The position numbers and the translations under genes are program-made. From positions 12,709 to 76,708 of the forward strand of contig JBEKTP010000004.1 of the NCBI GenBank assembly GCA_049515915.1: 64,000 bases of DNA, read 5' to 3'. Under the pieces are notes generated by a model. That model was not told the origin of the DNA, ran no database searches, and was given only the letters and a program-made list of their open reading frames with translations. The stretch comes from Patescibacteria group bacterium (GTDB taxonomy: Bacteria; Patescibacteriota; UBA1384; UBA12157; JAENIV01). Each line of letters begins with the position of its first letter. The stretch's first letter is position 1. Positions 25,877 through 35,615 of this stretch are shown here, piece by piece.

Positions 25877-27244
25877 TTATTTTTTTACCCTCTTAGTATT
25901 AATATACCACGCGGCGACATTTAAAAACCGATCTGACTCGGACGTGCCGGTAATTTGCGTGACACCTTTGACGTCGTTGGTAATGTGATAGTAAAAACAC
26001 TCGTGCTCAACCACAAACATGGGCACTTGGGCATCTAAAATCGTTTGAAACTGGGTGTAATCGTCCTGTCTTTTTTGAGGATCAAGCTCCTGACGCGCGG
26101 CTTCTAGAAGTTTGTCAGCCTGCTTATCATTAAAATTTGACAGATTTAACCCATTAGGGCCGATCTGGGATGAATGCCAAAAAGGATATGGATCGGGATC
26201 TTCACCATAATCCAAACCGTAAAGCAGTAGATCGTAATTTCTTTTCGGAATGGTGGTTTTTTGTAAAGTAACATTATCTTGAACATCCAACGTGACCGTA
26301 ACACCGATTTTCGCCCAACTTTGTTGTAATTTTTTGGCATAGCTAAGATTTTTGGGGTCATTTGAAGTGACCAAGCGCAATTTCAACGGCCGCCCAGGTG
26401 AAACATCATCCCTTAAATCCTTTCTAATATTTAAATCGGATAAGTCCTTGTTGTTTAAATTGAAAAATAAATCTAAGTCCCGCGGCAGACTGACCTCGAA
26501 TTTTTGCGAATCATCCATCGAAATAGAATCAGTCGGTAAAGCAAAACTTTGAATATTGCCGCTTTTGACGGCCTGGGCTAATTCATCTTGAGAACCGAAA
26601 AAAATAAAAGCGATTTTATCGATATAAGGCTTGCCGCCGTAATAATCGGCCCGCGATTGCAAATCAACCTCATTGGTACTTTCTTTGGTAATCTGATATG
26701 GTCCGTAATTGAAAATTGGGTTGGTTGAAACATTTAAAAAGGGGCTAAAGGGTTGTTTGAAAGAAAATTTAAGCGTTTGATCGTCAGGGGCGGTGATATT
26801 AATATCGGTCCAAAGATTTTGTGACTTAATCTGGTTTAATAAGTCGGCGGCGCTGAAACCGGCGCGAAGATGAAAGATGTAAGTTTTGCCCCCGTCTTGG
26901 ATATCCCAACTTTGAGCCAGATCTCCGACGACATTTTTTTGGGGATCATATTTCGTCAGCCCAGCATTCACCAGCCGAGTAATATTGGTATCGAGCACCG
27001 ACGTATCTCCGACCACGCCTTCGTGAAGCTCGCCGCCATAATCGGGAATCAGTTTAGTCGAGTTGATCCAACTTTTGTACCAGAAAAAGCCCAAAGAGAA
27101 AATAATAACTAAGGCAAGAGTCAGAACGATAATCTTTTCAATCAAACTTAAGGCATGAGGCAAAAACTTCACCGATTTAGCCGTTTCTTGCCACGGATAC
27201 TTTTTAATTTTTATGACCGTTTTTTTTAAATTTAAAAAATTCAT
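25877..27244 (-). CDS. Extracellular solute-binding protein, family 5 (peptide/oligopeptide/nickel ABC-type SBP-like)
   Basis: 455 aa, N-terminal TM anchor, SBP_bac_5-like architecture (long, Trp-rich, YGLDYGEDPDPYPFWHSSQ). Confidence 0.6.
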   Translation of the reverse strand: MNFLNLKKTVIKIKKYPWQETAKSVKFLPHALSLIEKIIVLTLALVIIFSLGFFWYKSWINSTKLIPDYGGELHEGVVGDTSVLDTNITRLVNAGLTKYDPQKNVVGDLAQSWDIQDGGKTYIFHLRAGFSAADLLNQIKSQNLWTDINITAPDDQTLKFSFKQPFSPFLNVSTNPIFNYGPYQITKESTNEVDLQSRADYYGGKPYIDKIAFIFFGSQDELAQAVKSGNIQSFALPTDSISMDDSQKFEVSLPRDLDLFFNLNNKDLSDLNIRKDLRDDVSPGRPLKLRLVTSNDPKNLSYAKKLQQSWAKIGVTVTLDVQDNVTLQKTTIPKRNYDLLLYGLDYGEDPDPYPFWHSSQIGPNGLNLSNFNDKQADKLLEAARQELDPQKRQDDYTQFQTILDAQVPMFVVEHECFYYHITNDVKGVTQITGTSESDRFLNVAAWYINTKRVKK

Positions 27245-27274
27245 TATAAATTAGAGTTTAAAAATCGAGTACAA

Positions 27275-27490
27275 TTAAAGAATAACGTTAGTTACGGCCA
27301 ATAAAACAAAAATAACGGCGATCACAATCGTAAAATAAAATAAAAATTTTTCGGCGCCGCGGCGAGAGCGATAAACCGAACTTTCGCCGCCGAAAGCACC
27401 ACCTAAAGAAGTACCGCGGTGCTGCAGAAGAATCGCCATAATCAGGAGAATGGCAAGAATAATTTGGATTAACATTAACGTTTGATTCAT
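27275..27490 (-). CDS. secG: Preprotein translocase subunit SecG
   Basis: 71 aa, two TM, LLQHRGTSLGGAFGG signature. Confidence 0.8.
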   Translation of the reverse strand: MNQTLMLIQIILAILLIMAILLQHRGTSLGGAFGGESSVYRSRRGAEKFLFYFTIVIAVIFVLLAVTNVIL

Positions 27491-27518
27491 ATTTTTTTAA
27501 TTACACTTTAGTATAGAA

Positions 27519-27593
27519 TGGAGGCCTGAGCGAGAATTGCACTCGCGCATAGCGGTTTTGCAGACCGCCGCCTTGCTACTTGGCTACCAGGCC
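27519..27593 (-). tRNA. tRNA-Cys (anticodon GCA), CCA encoded, atypical T-loop
   Basis: GGCCTGG-TA-GCC-AAGTAGCAA-GGC-G-GCGGT-CTGCAAA-ACCGC-TATGC-GCGAG-TGCAATT-CTCGC-TCAGGCC-T-CCA. U73 discriminator as expected for Cys; T-loop has G55 instead of U, hence reduced confidence. Not overlapped by any tracked ORF. Confidence 0.55.
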
Positions 27594-27625
27594 ATTGGAT
27601 TTTAAAAACCATTTTTGTTGTAAGT

Positions 27626-27700
27626 TGGAGCGGGAGACGGGATTCGCACCCGCGACCTCGTTCTTGGCAAGAACGCATTCTACTCCTGAACTACTCCCGC
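27626..27700 (-). tRNA. tRNA-Gly (anticodon GCC), CCA encoded
   Basis: GCGGGAGTAGTTCAGGAGTAGAATG-CGTTC-TTGCCAA-GAACG-AGGTC-GCGGGTGCGAATCCCGT-CTCCCGC-T-CCA; close to E. coli tRNA-Gly(GCC). Confidence 0.85.
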
Positions 27701-28363
27701 TTTTAAAGGATATTGCTCTTGAAAGAGATTTATCCAAACATATATCTTTTCTTTCAATTCTCGACTTGTGATGTTAATTGAACATATACCATAAGATAAT
27801 CTTTTTGTAGGATGTCGACCTCTTATGAATTGAGTTTTACTAAATTGATTTTCTGGTATTCCAGCGACGCCGCGCCAAAATTCTCTGCATTTATTTTCAA
27901 CTAAATCTGGATATAAAATCATTGACAGTCTAATTTTTTCTTTAGAAACCTCACATATTTCTTCGAGAAATAACAAAAATATTCTTATTATATCAGGACT
28001 CGTATTGGATAATCTAACTTGAGAATTATTAATATTACTATCGCCTTCCCCCCAATATAACATTATTCCAGCAATAAAAAGTGGATTATCTTTCAAATAA
28101 CTAAAATTATCTCTTGCTTGCTGGCGAGCTCTTTCCCGCCACCGTTCCCACATTTCCCTACGTTTTTTATTAAAAAGAACAAGTCTTTTTCTTGCAATAT
28201 AATTAGCTTTTCTTACAAGTTCTTCTTTAACTGATTGTGACCAATCAATTTTCGAAAACCAACTACATAAGGTACTTTTTGGAATATCTAGCTCATTACT
28301 AATCTTATTATAGCTTTTCCCTAGCTTGCGCAATTTTAAAGCAAGGTGTTTATCATTCCTCAT
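27680..28363 (-). CDS. HTH-domain protein with LAGLIDADG-like homing-endonuclease core; 3' end overlaps tRNA-Gly by ~21 nt
   Basis: 227 aa; N-terminal HTH (LRKLGKSYNKISNELDIPKSTLCSWF); core PLFIAGIMLYWGEGDSNINNSQVRLSNTSPDIIRIFLLFLEEI resembles the single LAGLIDADG motif plus following beta-strands of I-CreI-type enzymes. Confidence 0.5.
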   Translation of the reverse strand: MRNDKHLALKLRKLGKSYNKISNELDIPKSTLCSWFSKIDWSQSVKEELVRKANYIARKRLVLFNKKRREMWERWRERARQQARDNFSYLKDNPLFIAGIMLYWGEGDSNINNSQVRLSNTSPDIIRIFLLFLEEICEVSKEKIRLSMILYPDLVENKCREFWRGVAGIPENQFSKTQFIRGRHPTKRLSYGICSINITSRELKEKIYVWINLFQEQYPLKAGVVQE

Positions 28364-28465
28364 TTATTTTGAACTATTGTCTATTAGAATTCATTATACC
28401 ACAGTAGTTCAATTTGTAAAAGAACAATTCTCAAATCTATCTATTATAAGATAGCAACAAAAAGT

Positions 28466-28498
28466 CAACTTGTAAAGATAGGATATGGTGTGTATAAT
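28466..28498 (+). promoter_or_regulatory. Putative promoter with extended -10 (TGTGTATAAT) for ORF 28513
   Basis: cttgtaaagataggatatggTGTGTATAATgttagcgaggttacATG; preceded by the near-palindrome ctatctattataagatag. Confidence 0.4.
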
Positions 28499-28512
28499 GT
28501 TAGCGAGGTTAC

Positions 28513-28869
28513 ATGTCTAAAAAAGATAATCTGAAGTTTAAAAAAAGAATTAAAGCTCAGATTATGCAGGAAGTCAATCGATTTGAGCGTGAACCCTCTT
28601 TTACCCCCAAAGCCGAAAAGGCTATTGTTTCTCCTGTCGTTTCAGCTAAGCCTCAAGAAAATCATTCTCCGACAGTGGTTCCAACATCAGCGCCGTCAGT
28701 GCTGCCGACCAACAGTTCAAACCTGGTCCGCGCCGATCTTAAAAAATCAGCCATCATCATCGGTTCCATTATTGTTCTCATCGTCGCGATTTACTTCGTT
28801 GACAACAAAACTGGCTTTTTATTAAAAACCAGCAGCCATCTTTTTAAATTTTTGCATATTAACGCCTAG
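28513..28869 (+). CDS. Hypothetical small membrane-anchored protein (118 aa)
   Basis: Lys-rich N-terminus, Pro/Ser/Thr-rich linker, one C-terminal TM (AIIIGSIIVLIVAIYFV). Confidence 0.5.
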   Translation: MSKKDNLKFKKRIKAQIMQEVNRFEREPSFTPKAEKAIVSPVVSAKPQENHSPTVVPTSAPSVLPTNSSNLVRADLKKSAIIIGSIIVLIVAIYFVDNKTGFLLKTSSHLFKFLHINA

Positions 28870-28908
28870 ATCTTACCGCTAAAAGCGAAATTCTCTCTTT
28901 TAGATCAA

Positions 28909-29817
28909 TTACTTTTTTAAAAATTTTTCCACCAACTTTTCGGCATCGGTGTAATCTTCAACCCACTTGATGTCTTTGTTCTTTTTAAACCAGGTATCTT
29001 GGCGGCGGATGTAATCGTGAGTATTATTTTTAATTTTAACGATCGCTTCTTTGAGCGTTATTCTACCAGAAAGATAATCGACGATTTCTTTATAGCCAAT
29101 CGTATTAAAAGCCGGCAAATCTTTACGATATTTAGATGTCAGCCGCCGCACTTCTTCAACTAAACCGGCTTTGATCATTTGATCAACACGGGCGTCAATT
29201 TTCGAATAGAGAGTTTGACGATCTTTTTTGATGCCGATGATTAAAAAATTAAATGGCGGCTTCTTTTTCTTTTGCTTTTTAATAAAAGAACCGCCGGAAA
29301 GCATCGATACTTCCAAGGCCCGGACTAAACGTCGTTTATTTTTGGCATCAATTCTTAAAGCGGTCTCGGGATCGAGTTTTTGTAATTTCAAAAATAACTC
29401 GGTCTCGCTGAGTTTTTCAAGCTGAGCGCGCAACGCAGCGCTTTCTTTTTTTATTTCGGGGATAATATAACCATACAAGAGAGAATTGAGGTAAAGACCG
29501 GTGCCGCCGGCCAAAACCGGCAAAGTTTTTTGGCCTAAATATTGATTGATAAGATCACCGGCGACTTTTTGATAATCGGCTAAGGTGAAACTTTCATATG
29601 GCTCGACAATATCAAGCAGGCCTTGGGGAAAACTCCGGTCTTTGCCGGTACCGATATCCATCCCTTTATAAATCTGGCGCGAATCAACGGAGATAACTTT
29701 TCCCTTAAACTGATGGGCGAGTTTCCTGGCCCATTCGGTTTTCCCCGAGCCGGTCGGGCCGACTACGGCAATCACTTTATTCATGGCCGTCTTTCTTTTC
29801 AACTTCGCCGGTTTCAT
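28909..29817 (-). CDS. miaA: tRNA dimethylallyltransferase MiaA
   Basis: 302 aa; P-loop AVVGPTGSGKT, DSRQIYKGMDIGTGK. Confidence 0.9.
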   Translation of the reverse strand: MKPAKLKRKTAMNKVIAVVGPTGSGKTEWARKLAHQFKGKVISVDSRQIYKGMDIGTGKDRSFPQGLLDIVEPYESFTLADYQKVAGDLINQYLGQKTLPVLAGGTGLYLNSLLYGYIIPEIKKESAALRAQLEKLSETELFLKLQKLDPETALRIDAKNKRRLVRALEVSMLSGGSFIKKQKKKKPPFNFLIIGIKKDRQTLYSKIDARVDQMIKAGLVEEVRRLTSKYRKDLPAFNTIGYKEIVDYLSGRITLKEAIVKIKNNTHDYIRRQDTWFKKNKDIKWVEDYTDAEKLVEKFLKK

Positions 29818-29953
29818 CAGAAGATTCGGCCTTCTTTTTGATTATTTCCTGAATTTTAAAAATTGACCGCCCCGAAACTTTTTCTTTCTTTTTGGGTTCG
29901 CCTTTTTGCTTTAACTCTTCTTCGATTTTATCGTAATCGTCAATCATACTTTT

Positions 29954-30039
29954 TGGTGCCCGCGGGAGGATTTGGACCTCCACGTCCTTTCGGACACATG
30001 GTCCTAAGCCATGTCTGTCTACCGTTCCAGCACGCGGGC
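29954..30039 (-). tRNA. tRNA-Leu (anticodon TAG), CCA encoded
   Basis: GCCCGCGTGCTGGAACGGTAGACAGA-CATGG-CTTAGGA-CCATG-TGTCCGAAAGGACGTG-GAGGTCCAAATCCTCC-CGCGGGC-A-CCA. Overlapped by spurious ORF 29777..29983. Confidence 0.85.
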
Positions 30040-30117
30040 CGATATTTACTGATTACCGTCTCCCACCGTTATTAAATCCTAGCTAATTCATTATATATTC
30101 GTGAAAATTCGTCAGTC

Positions 30118-32127
30118 TCATTCCAAATGGGATTTTTCTTCAAAAACCAAAAGTCGATTTTGGAGTTTGGGATACTTTTCCAATCCCTCGGCCACAATTT
30201 TTTCGGCGGCTGATCTTGCTCGCTTCACCAGTATTATATCTCGAAGTGAGGCCATTTTCAAATCTGGCAGGCCTGATTGCCGGATTCCCACGAGTTCCCC
30301 TGGCCCCCGCATTTTTAAATCGATCTCCGCAAGTTCAAAACCATTTTCACACACAACCATTGCTTGAAGACGTCTTTGACTTTGCTCGCTTAAATTTTCG
30401 GAAAACAAAAAACAATAGGACTGGAATTTACCCCGACCGACCCGGCCGCGAAACTGATGAAGTTGGGCCAAGCCGAAATGATCCGCCCCTTCGATCATCA
30501 TAATCGTGGTATTAGGAAAATCGATGCCCACCTCGATCACGGCCGTCGAAACTAAAATATTAATTCGGCCGGCGCCAAAATCCCGCATAATTTTTTCTTT
30601 TTCTTCTGATTTCATTCGGCCATGAAGCATCCCAATATTTAACTCCGGAAAAATATTTTTAGAAAGTTTTTCGAATTCGCCCACCACCGTTTTTCGATCA
30701 AGATCAAAAAGCTCTTTTGGTTGAGATTTGCCCTCTTCAATTAAAGGGCAAACGACAAAAACCTGGCGGCCGCGCTGAATTTCTTGACGGATAAATTCGT
30801 AGGCTTGGTTTCTTTTTTTTGGATCAACCACGAAGGTTTTCACCTTCTGCCGGCTCGGTGGTAATTCATCAATAATGGATAAGTCTAAATCGCCGTAAAT
30901 CGATAAGGCCAGGGTTCGAGGGATAGGCGTGGCCGTCATGGAAAGTAAATGCGGAATCAACGAGCTTGACTGGCGAAGATGAGCGCGCTGCTTGACGCCA
31001 AAACGGTGCTGCTCATCAATAATAATTAGACCTAATTTCGGAAATCGAATATTTTTCTGGATTAAAGCATGAGTGCCAATAATCACCTCGTCATTTTCCA
31101 AGTTCGCCTTTTTACTGGCCGCCGTCATTAAGCCGACTTTAATGCCAAAAGGCGAGAATAATTGAGTGATGGTTTGGAAATGCTGATTGGCCAAAATTTC
31201 CGTGGGCGCCAGCCAGACCGTCTGCATTTTATTTAAAAAAACCAGATAAGCGGCCATCGCCGCGACCACCGTTTTACCCGAACCGACTTCTCCTTCGAGC
31301 AGGCGGTTCATCGGCATGGGCCGATTTAAATCTTTAATGATTTCCCAAGCCGCTTTTCGTTGAGCGTTAGTCAATTTAAAAGAAAGCTTTTCGACAAAAG
31401 TTTTAAGCTGCTCTTTTTTAAGCGGCATAGGGGTCGCCGATTCTTGGGCCAATTCCGACCGTCTTTTGACGATGCCGAGAGCAATCATAAAAAGCTCATC
31501 AAAAGCGAGTCGTAATTTAGCCTCGGTAACTTGAGTAGAATTTTGAGGAAAGTGAATTTCATGGACGGCCGCCGATAAATCAATCAAACCCTCTTCTTTT
31601 TTTAATTTTCCCGGTAAAAAATCTTCAATTTCGATATTTCTGAGCAAGGGTTGGATAATTCTTCTTAGATATTTACTCGTTAATCCTTCAGTTTCGCTAT
31701 AAATCGGCAAAATAACTGGATTTTTTTCATATTGGCTAACACTGAGCGTTTTTTGGCGACTTTTAAAATCGTAGCCAACTTTGCCAGCAAAAATCAAAAT
31801 TTGACTCGGTTTTAAGACTTTAGCTAAAAAGGCTTGATTAAACCAAATCGCCCGAATCCGGCCGGTTTCATCAACCAATTCGGCTTCGACAATACTCATT
31901 CTTTTACGAAAAGTCCATGCTTGTTTAACTTGTAATATCTCGGCTTTAATAATGACTTCATCACCAATACTCAAACCTTTGATTTTTCGGGGCTCGGAAA
32001 AATCTTGCCAATCCCTCGGCCAATAAAAAAGAAGGTCACGGACAGTTTTAATCCCCAACCTTTCTAACTTTTCGGCCATCACCGGCCCGACCCCGATAAG
32101 ATTTTGGACTGGCGTTTCAAGATTCAT
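30118..32127 (-). CDS. recG: ATP-dependent DNA helicase RecG
   Basis: 669 aa; wedge domain plus SF2 helicase motifs (GEVGSGKTVVAAMAAY, DEQHRFG, MTATPIPRTL). TGA stop confirms the standard code. Confidence 0.9.
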   Translation of the reverse strand: MNLETPVQNLIGVGPVMAEKLERLGIKTVRDLLFYWPRDWQDFSEPRKIKGLSIGDEVIIKAEILQVKQAWTFRKRMSIVEAELVDETGRIRAIWFNQAFLAKVLKPSQILIFAGKVGYDFKSRQKTLSVSQYEKNPVILPIYSETEGLTSKYLRRIIQPLLRNIEIEDFLPGKLKKEEGLIDLSAAVHEIHFPQNSTQVTEAKLRLAFDELFMIALGIVKRRSELAQESATPMPLKKEQLKTFVEKLSFKLTNAQRKAAWEIIKDLNRPMPMNRLLEGEVGSGKTVVAAMAAYLVFLNKMQTVWLAPTEILANQHFQTITQLFSPFGIKVGLMTAASKKANLENDEVIIGTHALIQKNIRFPKLGLIIIDEQHRFGVKQRAHLRQSSSLIPHLLSMTATPIPRTLALSIYGDLDLSIIDELPPSRQKVKTFVVDPKKRNQAYEFIRQEIQRGRQVFVVCPLIEEGKSQPKELFDLDRKTVVGEFEKLSKNIFPELNIGMLHGRMKSEEKEKIMRDFGAGRINILVSTAVIEVGIDFPNTTIMMIEGADHFGLAQLHQFRGRVGRGKFQSYCFLFSENLSEQSQRRLQAMVVCENGFELAEIDLKMRGPGELVGIRQSGLPDLKMASLRDIILVKRARSAAEKIVAEGLEKYPKLQNRLLVFEEKSHLE

Positions 32128-33097
32128 TGATTTTCAATCTTATTTTTTCCAGCGGCTCAATGTCTTTTTTAATGAGTTGATAAACCAAGTCCATATACTC
32201 TTGATCAGCCCCGCCCATTTTAAGATTGGTCAGAGAGAAAGTAGTTAAAATGCGAATGTTGCTAAGGAGGTTATAAAGCTGAAACTTCTCTGGGTCAGAC
32301 GGACCATAATTTGATAAAAAAGTTTCCTTTAACTTTTCAAAATTTTCAAATCGGCCGAATCTTTTAAGCATCACTCTTAGTTGATTGATGAAATTAACAA
32401 GATCATATTCTTTGTCTAGAAAAGAGGTCAACCCATAATCCAAAATATAGAATTTTTCTTGATTGATGATAATATTCGTTGGCTGAAAGTCGCCGTGGCA
32501 GAGACTGGCCGAAGTTTTTTGATCGACCTCCGACTTAATCACCTCTAAAACCGTGTTAACCTTGCGGCCAAATTTCGGAAAATATCTTTCCAAATGCCTT
32601 TTTTCGTATTCGTTGCAGTGAAAAAGCGCGCTCGCGTTCCACAAATGAAAATTGGGCTTCGGTAAAGAATGAAACTTTCTTAAAGCTTGCGCGCAAAATG
32701 TGACTTTAATCGCCAGCTCCTCGAAACTTTCACCTAAACTTTCCAGCAAAAAATTACCGCTCACATTTTCGTAGAACATTAAATTATATTCTTCAAAATA
32801 ACCGAGTGGTTTCGGCGCTAAGATATTTCCTGAATTTAGGCCGTGTTCGTAGCACCATTGGAGAGCTTTAAATTCTGTTTCTTCGGAAGCCTCTATGGAA
32901 GCCGACCCTCTGACGGCCATTTCGACACCTTCCACCCTCAGCCGATAAAAAATATTGAAGGAATCAGGATTATAAGTTTCTGAACGTTTGATTTCTAAAA
33001 TCTCAACGGCCCCCTCTTTCTCAAAAATTTTTTGAGAGTTTTGGGTGAAAAATTTTTCGGCTTGGTTTTTATCTAATAAAAAATCAATTGGCCGCAT
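32117..33097 (-). CDS. Phosphotransferase-family kinase (APH/choline-kinase-like)
   Basis: 326 aa; HGDFQPTNIII catalytic-loop motif and DYG-like ILDYGLT. Confidence 0.65.
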   Translation of the reverse strand: MRPIDFLLDKNQAEKFFTQNSQKIFEKEGAVEILEIKRSETYNPDSFNIFYRLRVEGVEMAVRGSASIEASEETEFKALQWCYEHGLNSGNILAPKPLGYFEEYNLMFYENVSGNFLLESLGESFEELAIKVTFCAQALRKFHSLPKPNFHLWNASALFHCNEYEKRHLERYFPKFGRKVNTVLEVIKSEVDQKTSASLCHGDFQPTNIIINQEKFYILDYGLTSFLDKEYDLVNFINQLRVMLKRFGRFENFEKLKETFLSNYGPSDPEKFQLYNLLSNIRILTTFSLTNLKMGGADQEYMDLVYQLIKKDIEPLEKIRLKINES

Positions 33098-34607
33098 TTT
33101 CCCTCTTACGTAATAATTCCTGATGATTATGAATGGCTTTTTTATAAAGCCAAATGTATTTTTTAGCGGAGTTTTTCCATGAAAAATCTTTTTTCATACA
33201 GTTGACCTGCATTTTATGCCAGTGATCTTTCTGATTATAGTAAGCTTCAACCGCTCGGCCGATCGCGTCAAGAAAATCTTCTTTGGTATAATTTTTAAAA
33301 ACATAGCCATTAAGATTATTTTTAACTGTATCGGCTAGACCACCGGTCTTCCTCACGATCGGGATTGTGCCAAAACGCATCGCAATGATTTGCGAAATAC
33401 CACACGGTTCAAAACGCGAGGGCATTAACAGCATATCCGATCCGGCATAAATAGTTTGGGCCAAGTTGGCGTCAAAACGCATCTCGGCGGCCACGGTTTT
33501 AGGATATTCTTTTTCCGCTTTAATAAACATTCCTTCAATATTTTTCCACCCAGTTCCTAAAACGATAAACTGTCCTCCCATATTGACCAACTCTTTTAAG
33601 ACATCACCAATCAGATCCAAACCTTTTTGGCCAGTTAAACGGGTCACCGCACAAATCAAAGGCAAATCAGCGGATTGGGTGAGGCCGAATTTTTTTTGTA
33701 AAAACAGCTTGTTTTCTTTTTTTAAGTCAAGATTATTAATCCAATATTTGACCGGTGTGTCATTGTTGGTGCGCGGATCAAAATCTTCGTAGTCTATACC
33801 ATTAACAATGCCTGTAAATTTTTGCTTGATATGACGCATTAATTTATACAAACCAGCACTATACTTTTTGGTCAAAACTTCGCGGGCGTACGTCGGACTA
33901 ACCGTATTGACCATATCGGCATAATAAACTGCCTCGGCGGTCAAATTAATCTCATTTTTCTTGCCGGTAATTTGACCAATTTTTTGAAATTCGCCGCGTT
34001 TAAATCCCAACCGGTGAGCAACCGATAACTTGCCAATCGGCTGAAAGGAAAGATTATGAATGGTGCAGACGGTAGCGATACTTCGATAAAATGGATCCTT
34101 TTGATAAATCGTATTGATCCATTTCGAAGTCAAAGCCTCATATCCGTCGTGATAATGAATTACGTCCGGATGCCAATCAAGCATCTTTAATAACTGCATG
34201 GCCACTTTCGAAATAAAGACATACAGAAAAAAAGGAATCTCATTATAACTTTTGCCGATATCCTCTAAAACGATACCGTTGGGATAAATACTCTTAGGAC
34301 CGTCAATTAAGTAAACCGGCACTAACGTTCCTGGTAAAAAAGTCTTCCAGACTGAAATTTTTACCCATTTTTTATTATCGGGCATTTTAACTTTGACATC
34401 TTTAATGATTAGTTCGGCAGGATATTTTTCCATGTCGATGGTCCGGTATTTAGCCATGACCACGCGAACATCGACAGGATAAGTTTCCGCCATTGCTTTC
34501 GGTAAATAACCCACAATATCGCCTAATCCCCCGGCTTTGGCCAAGGGCGTCAGTTCGGTAGTGATATGTAAAACTTTGATTCTTTTTTCGTGACGATTTT
34601 TTTTCAC
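33084..34607 (-). CDS. glgA: Glycogen/starch synthase (ADP-glucose type, GT5)
   Basis: 507 aa; N-terminal KAGGLGDIV (KxGGL) motif, GT-B fold. Confidence 0.85.
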   Translation of the reverse strand: MKKNRHEKRIKVLHITTELTPLAKAGGLGDIVGYLPKAMAETYPVDVRVVMAKYRTIDMEKYPAELIIKDVKVKMPDNKKWVKISVWKTFLPGTLVPVYLIDGPKSIYPNGIVLEDIGKSYNEIPFFLYVFISKVAMQLLKMLDWHPDVIHYHDGYEALTSKWINTIYQKDPFYRSIATVCTIHNLSFQPIGKLSVAHRLGFKRGEFQKIGQITGKKNEINLTAEAVYYADMVNTVSPTYAREVLTKKYSAGLYKLMRHIKQKFTGIVNGIDYEDFDPRTNNDTPVKYWINNLDLKKENKLFLQKKFGLTQSADLPLICAVTRLTGQKGLDLIGDVLKELVNMGGQFIVLGTGWKNIEGMFIKAEKEYPKTVAAEMRFDANLAQTIYAGSDMLLMPSRFEPCGISQIIAMRFGTIPIVRKTGGLADTVKNNLNGYVFKNYTKEDFLDAIGRAVEAYYNQKDHWHKMQVNCMKKDFSWKNSAKKYIWLYKKAIHNHQELLRKRENAAN

Positions 34608-34619
34608 TTCATCTCCTTA

Positions 34620-35615
34620 TTAAACCCGATACCCAAAAGGGTTTTTCTTTCGCCAAACCCAGTCAGTCTTAATGATGGTGTCTAAACGTGAATAGAGAGG
34701 CTGCCAGCCTAAAACCGCTTTGACTTTTTTGGCGCTTGCCACCGATATCGGAATATCGCCCGGCCGGCGTTCTTGAATTTCAGTCGGAATTTCTTTTTTG
34801 ATAACTTCACGAGCTTTTTGAACTATTTCTTTAACCGAAAAACCGTTTTCCGATCCCAAATTGAAAGTTTCCCGGGCAATTTGATCAACTTTATTTAAGG
34901 CCAAAATATGCGCCTTGGCGATATCTTCGACGTGCAAAAAATCTCTAATCGCTGTGCCGTCAGGCGTTTCATAATCGTCACCAAAGATACATAACTTGGA
35001 CGATTGGCCCAAAGCAACCTTAATAATATTGGCAATTAAATCTTCCCTTTTGAAATTGGCCTTCCCTAACAAGCCTTCAGGGTCAGACCCGCCGACATTA
35101 AAATATCTAAAAATAACGTATTTTAAATTCTGAACTTTTGCTAAATATTGTTCAAAATCTAATTTTGTCTGACCATACGGGCTTTCAGGATAGGTGGGAT
35201 GATTTTCGTCAACAGGAACATATTCTGGCGTTCCATAAACAACACAGCTAGATGAAAAAATAAATTTATTGACCCCGGCTTTGGTCATCGCCTCTAAAAG
35301 ATTAACGCTATTGATGAAATTTTCTTGATAGTAAAGTTCCGGCTTTTTGACTGATTCGCTGACGCTGACCTTAGCCGCGAAATGTATGACCGCTTCGATT
35401 TTTCGTTTTAAAAAAATTTCATCTAATTGTTCTTTGCTCTTCAAATCCGCTTTGACAAATTCTAAACGATTAAATTTCTTTTTTAAAATCTCAATCGGCT
35501 GAATGAAACCGGTCGAAAGGTTATCCAAAATAACAACTGAAAAACCCTCCTTTAAAAGATTCTTAATCGTATGGCTACCGATATAGCCGGCCCCGCCCGT
35601 GACCAAAATTTTCAT
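34620..35615 (-). CDS. galE: UDP-glucose 4-epimerase
   Basis: 331 aa; TGGAGYIGSH Rossmann motif; SSS..YG YxxxK. Confidence 0.85.
   Translation of the reverse strand: MKILVTGGAGYIGSHTIKNLLKEGFSVVILDNLSTGFIQPIEILKKKFNRLEFVKADLKSKEQLDEIFLKRKIEAVIHFAAKVSVSESVKKPELYYQENFINSVNLLEAMTKAGVNKFIFSSSCVVYGTPEYVPVDENHPTYPESPYGQTKLDFEQYLAKVQNLKYVIFRYFNVGGSDPEGLLGKANFKREDLIANIIKVALGQSSKLCIFGDDYETPDGTAIRDFLHVEDIAKAHILALNKVDQIARETFNLGSENGFSVKEIVQKAREVIKKEIPTEIQERRPGDIPISVASAKKVKAVLGWQPLYSRLDTIIKTDWVWRKKNPFGYRV

Noticed and set aside
27580-27771. ORF 27580..27771(+) (63 aa)
   Set aside because: It overlaps tRNA-Cys/tRNA-Gly on the opposite strand and has no RBS or family.
29777-29983. ORF 29777..29983(-) Lys/Glu-rich 68 aa
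   Set aside because: Its 5' end lies inside tRNA-Leu(TAG) and it has low-complexity composition. A shorter internal-start peptide cannot be excluded, but there is no support.
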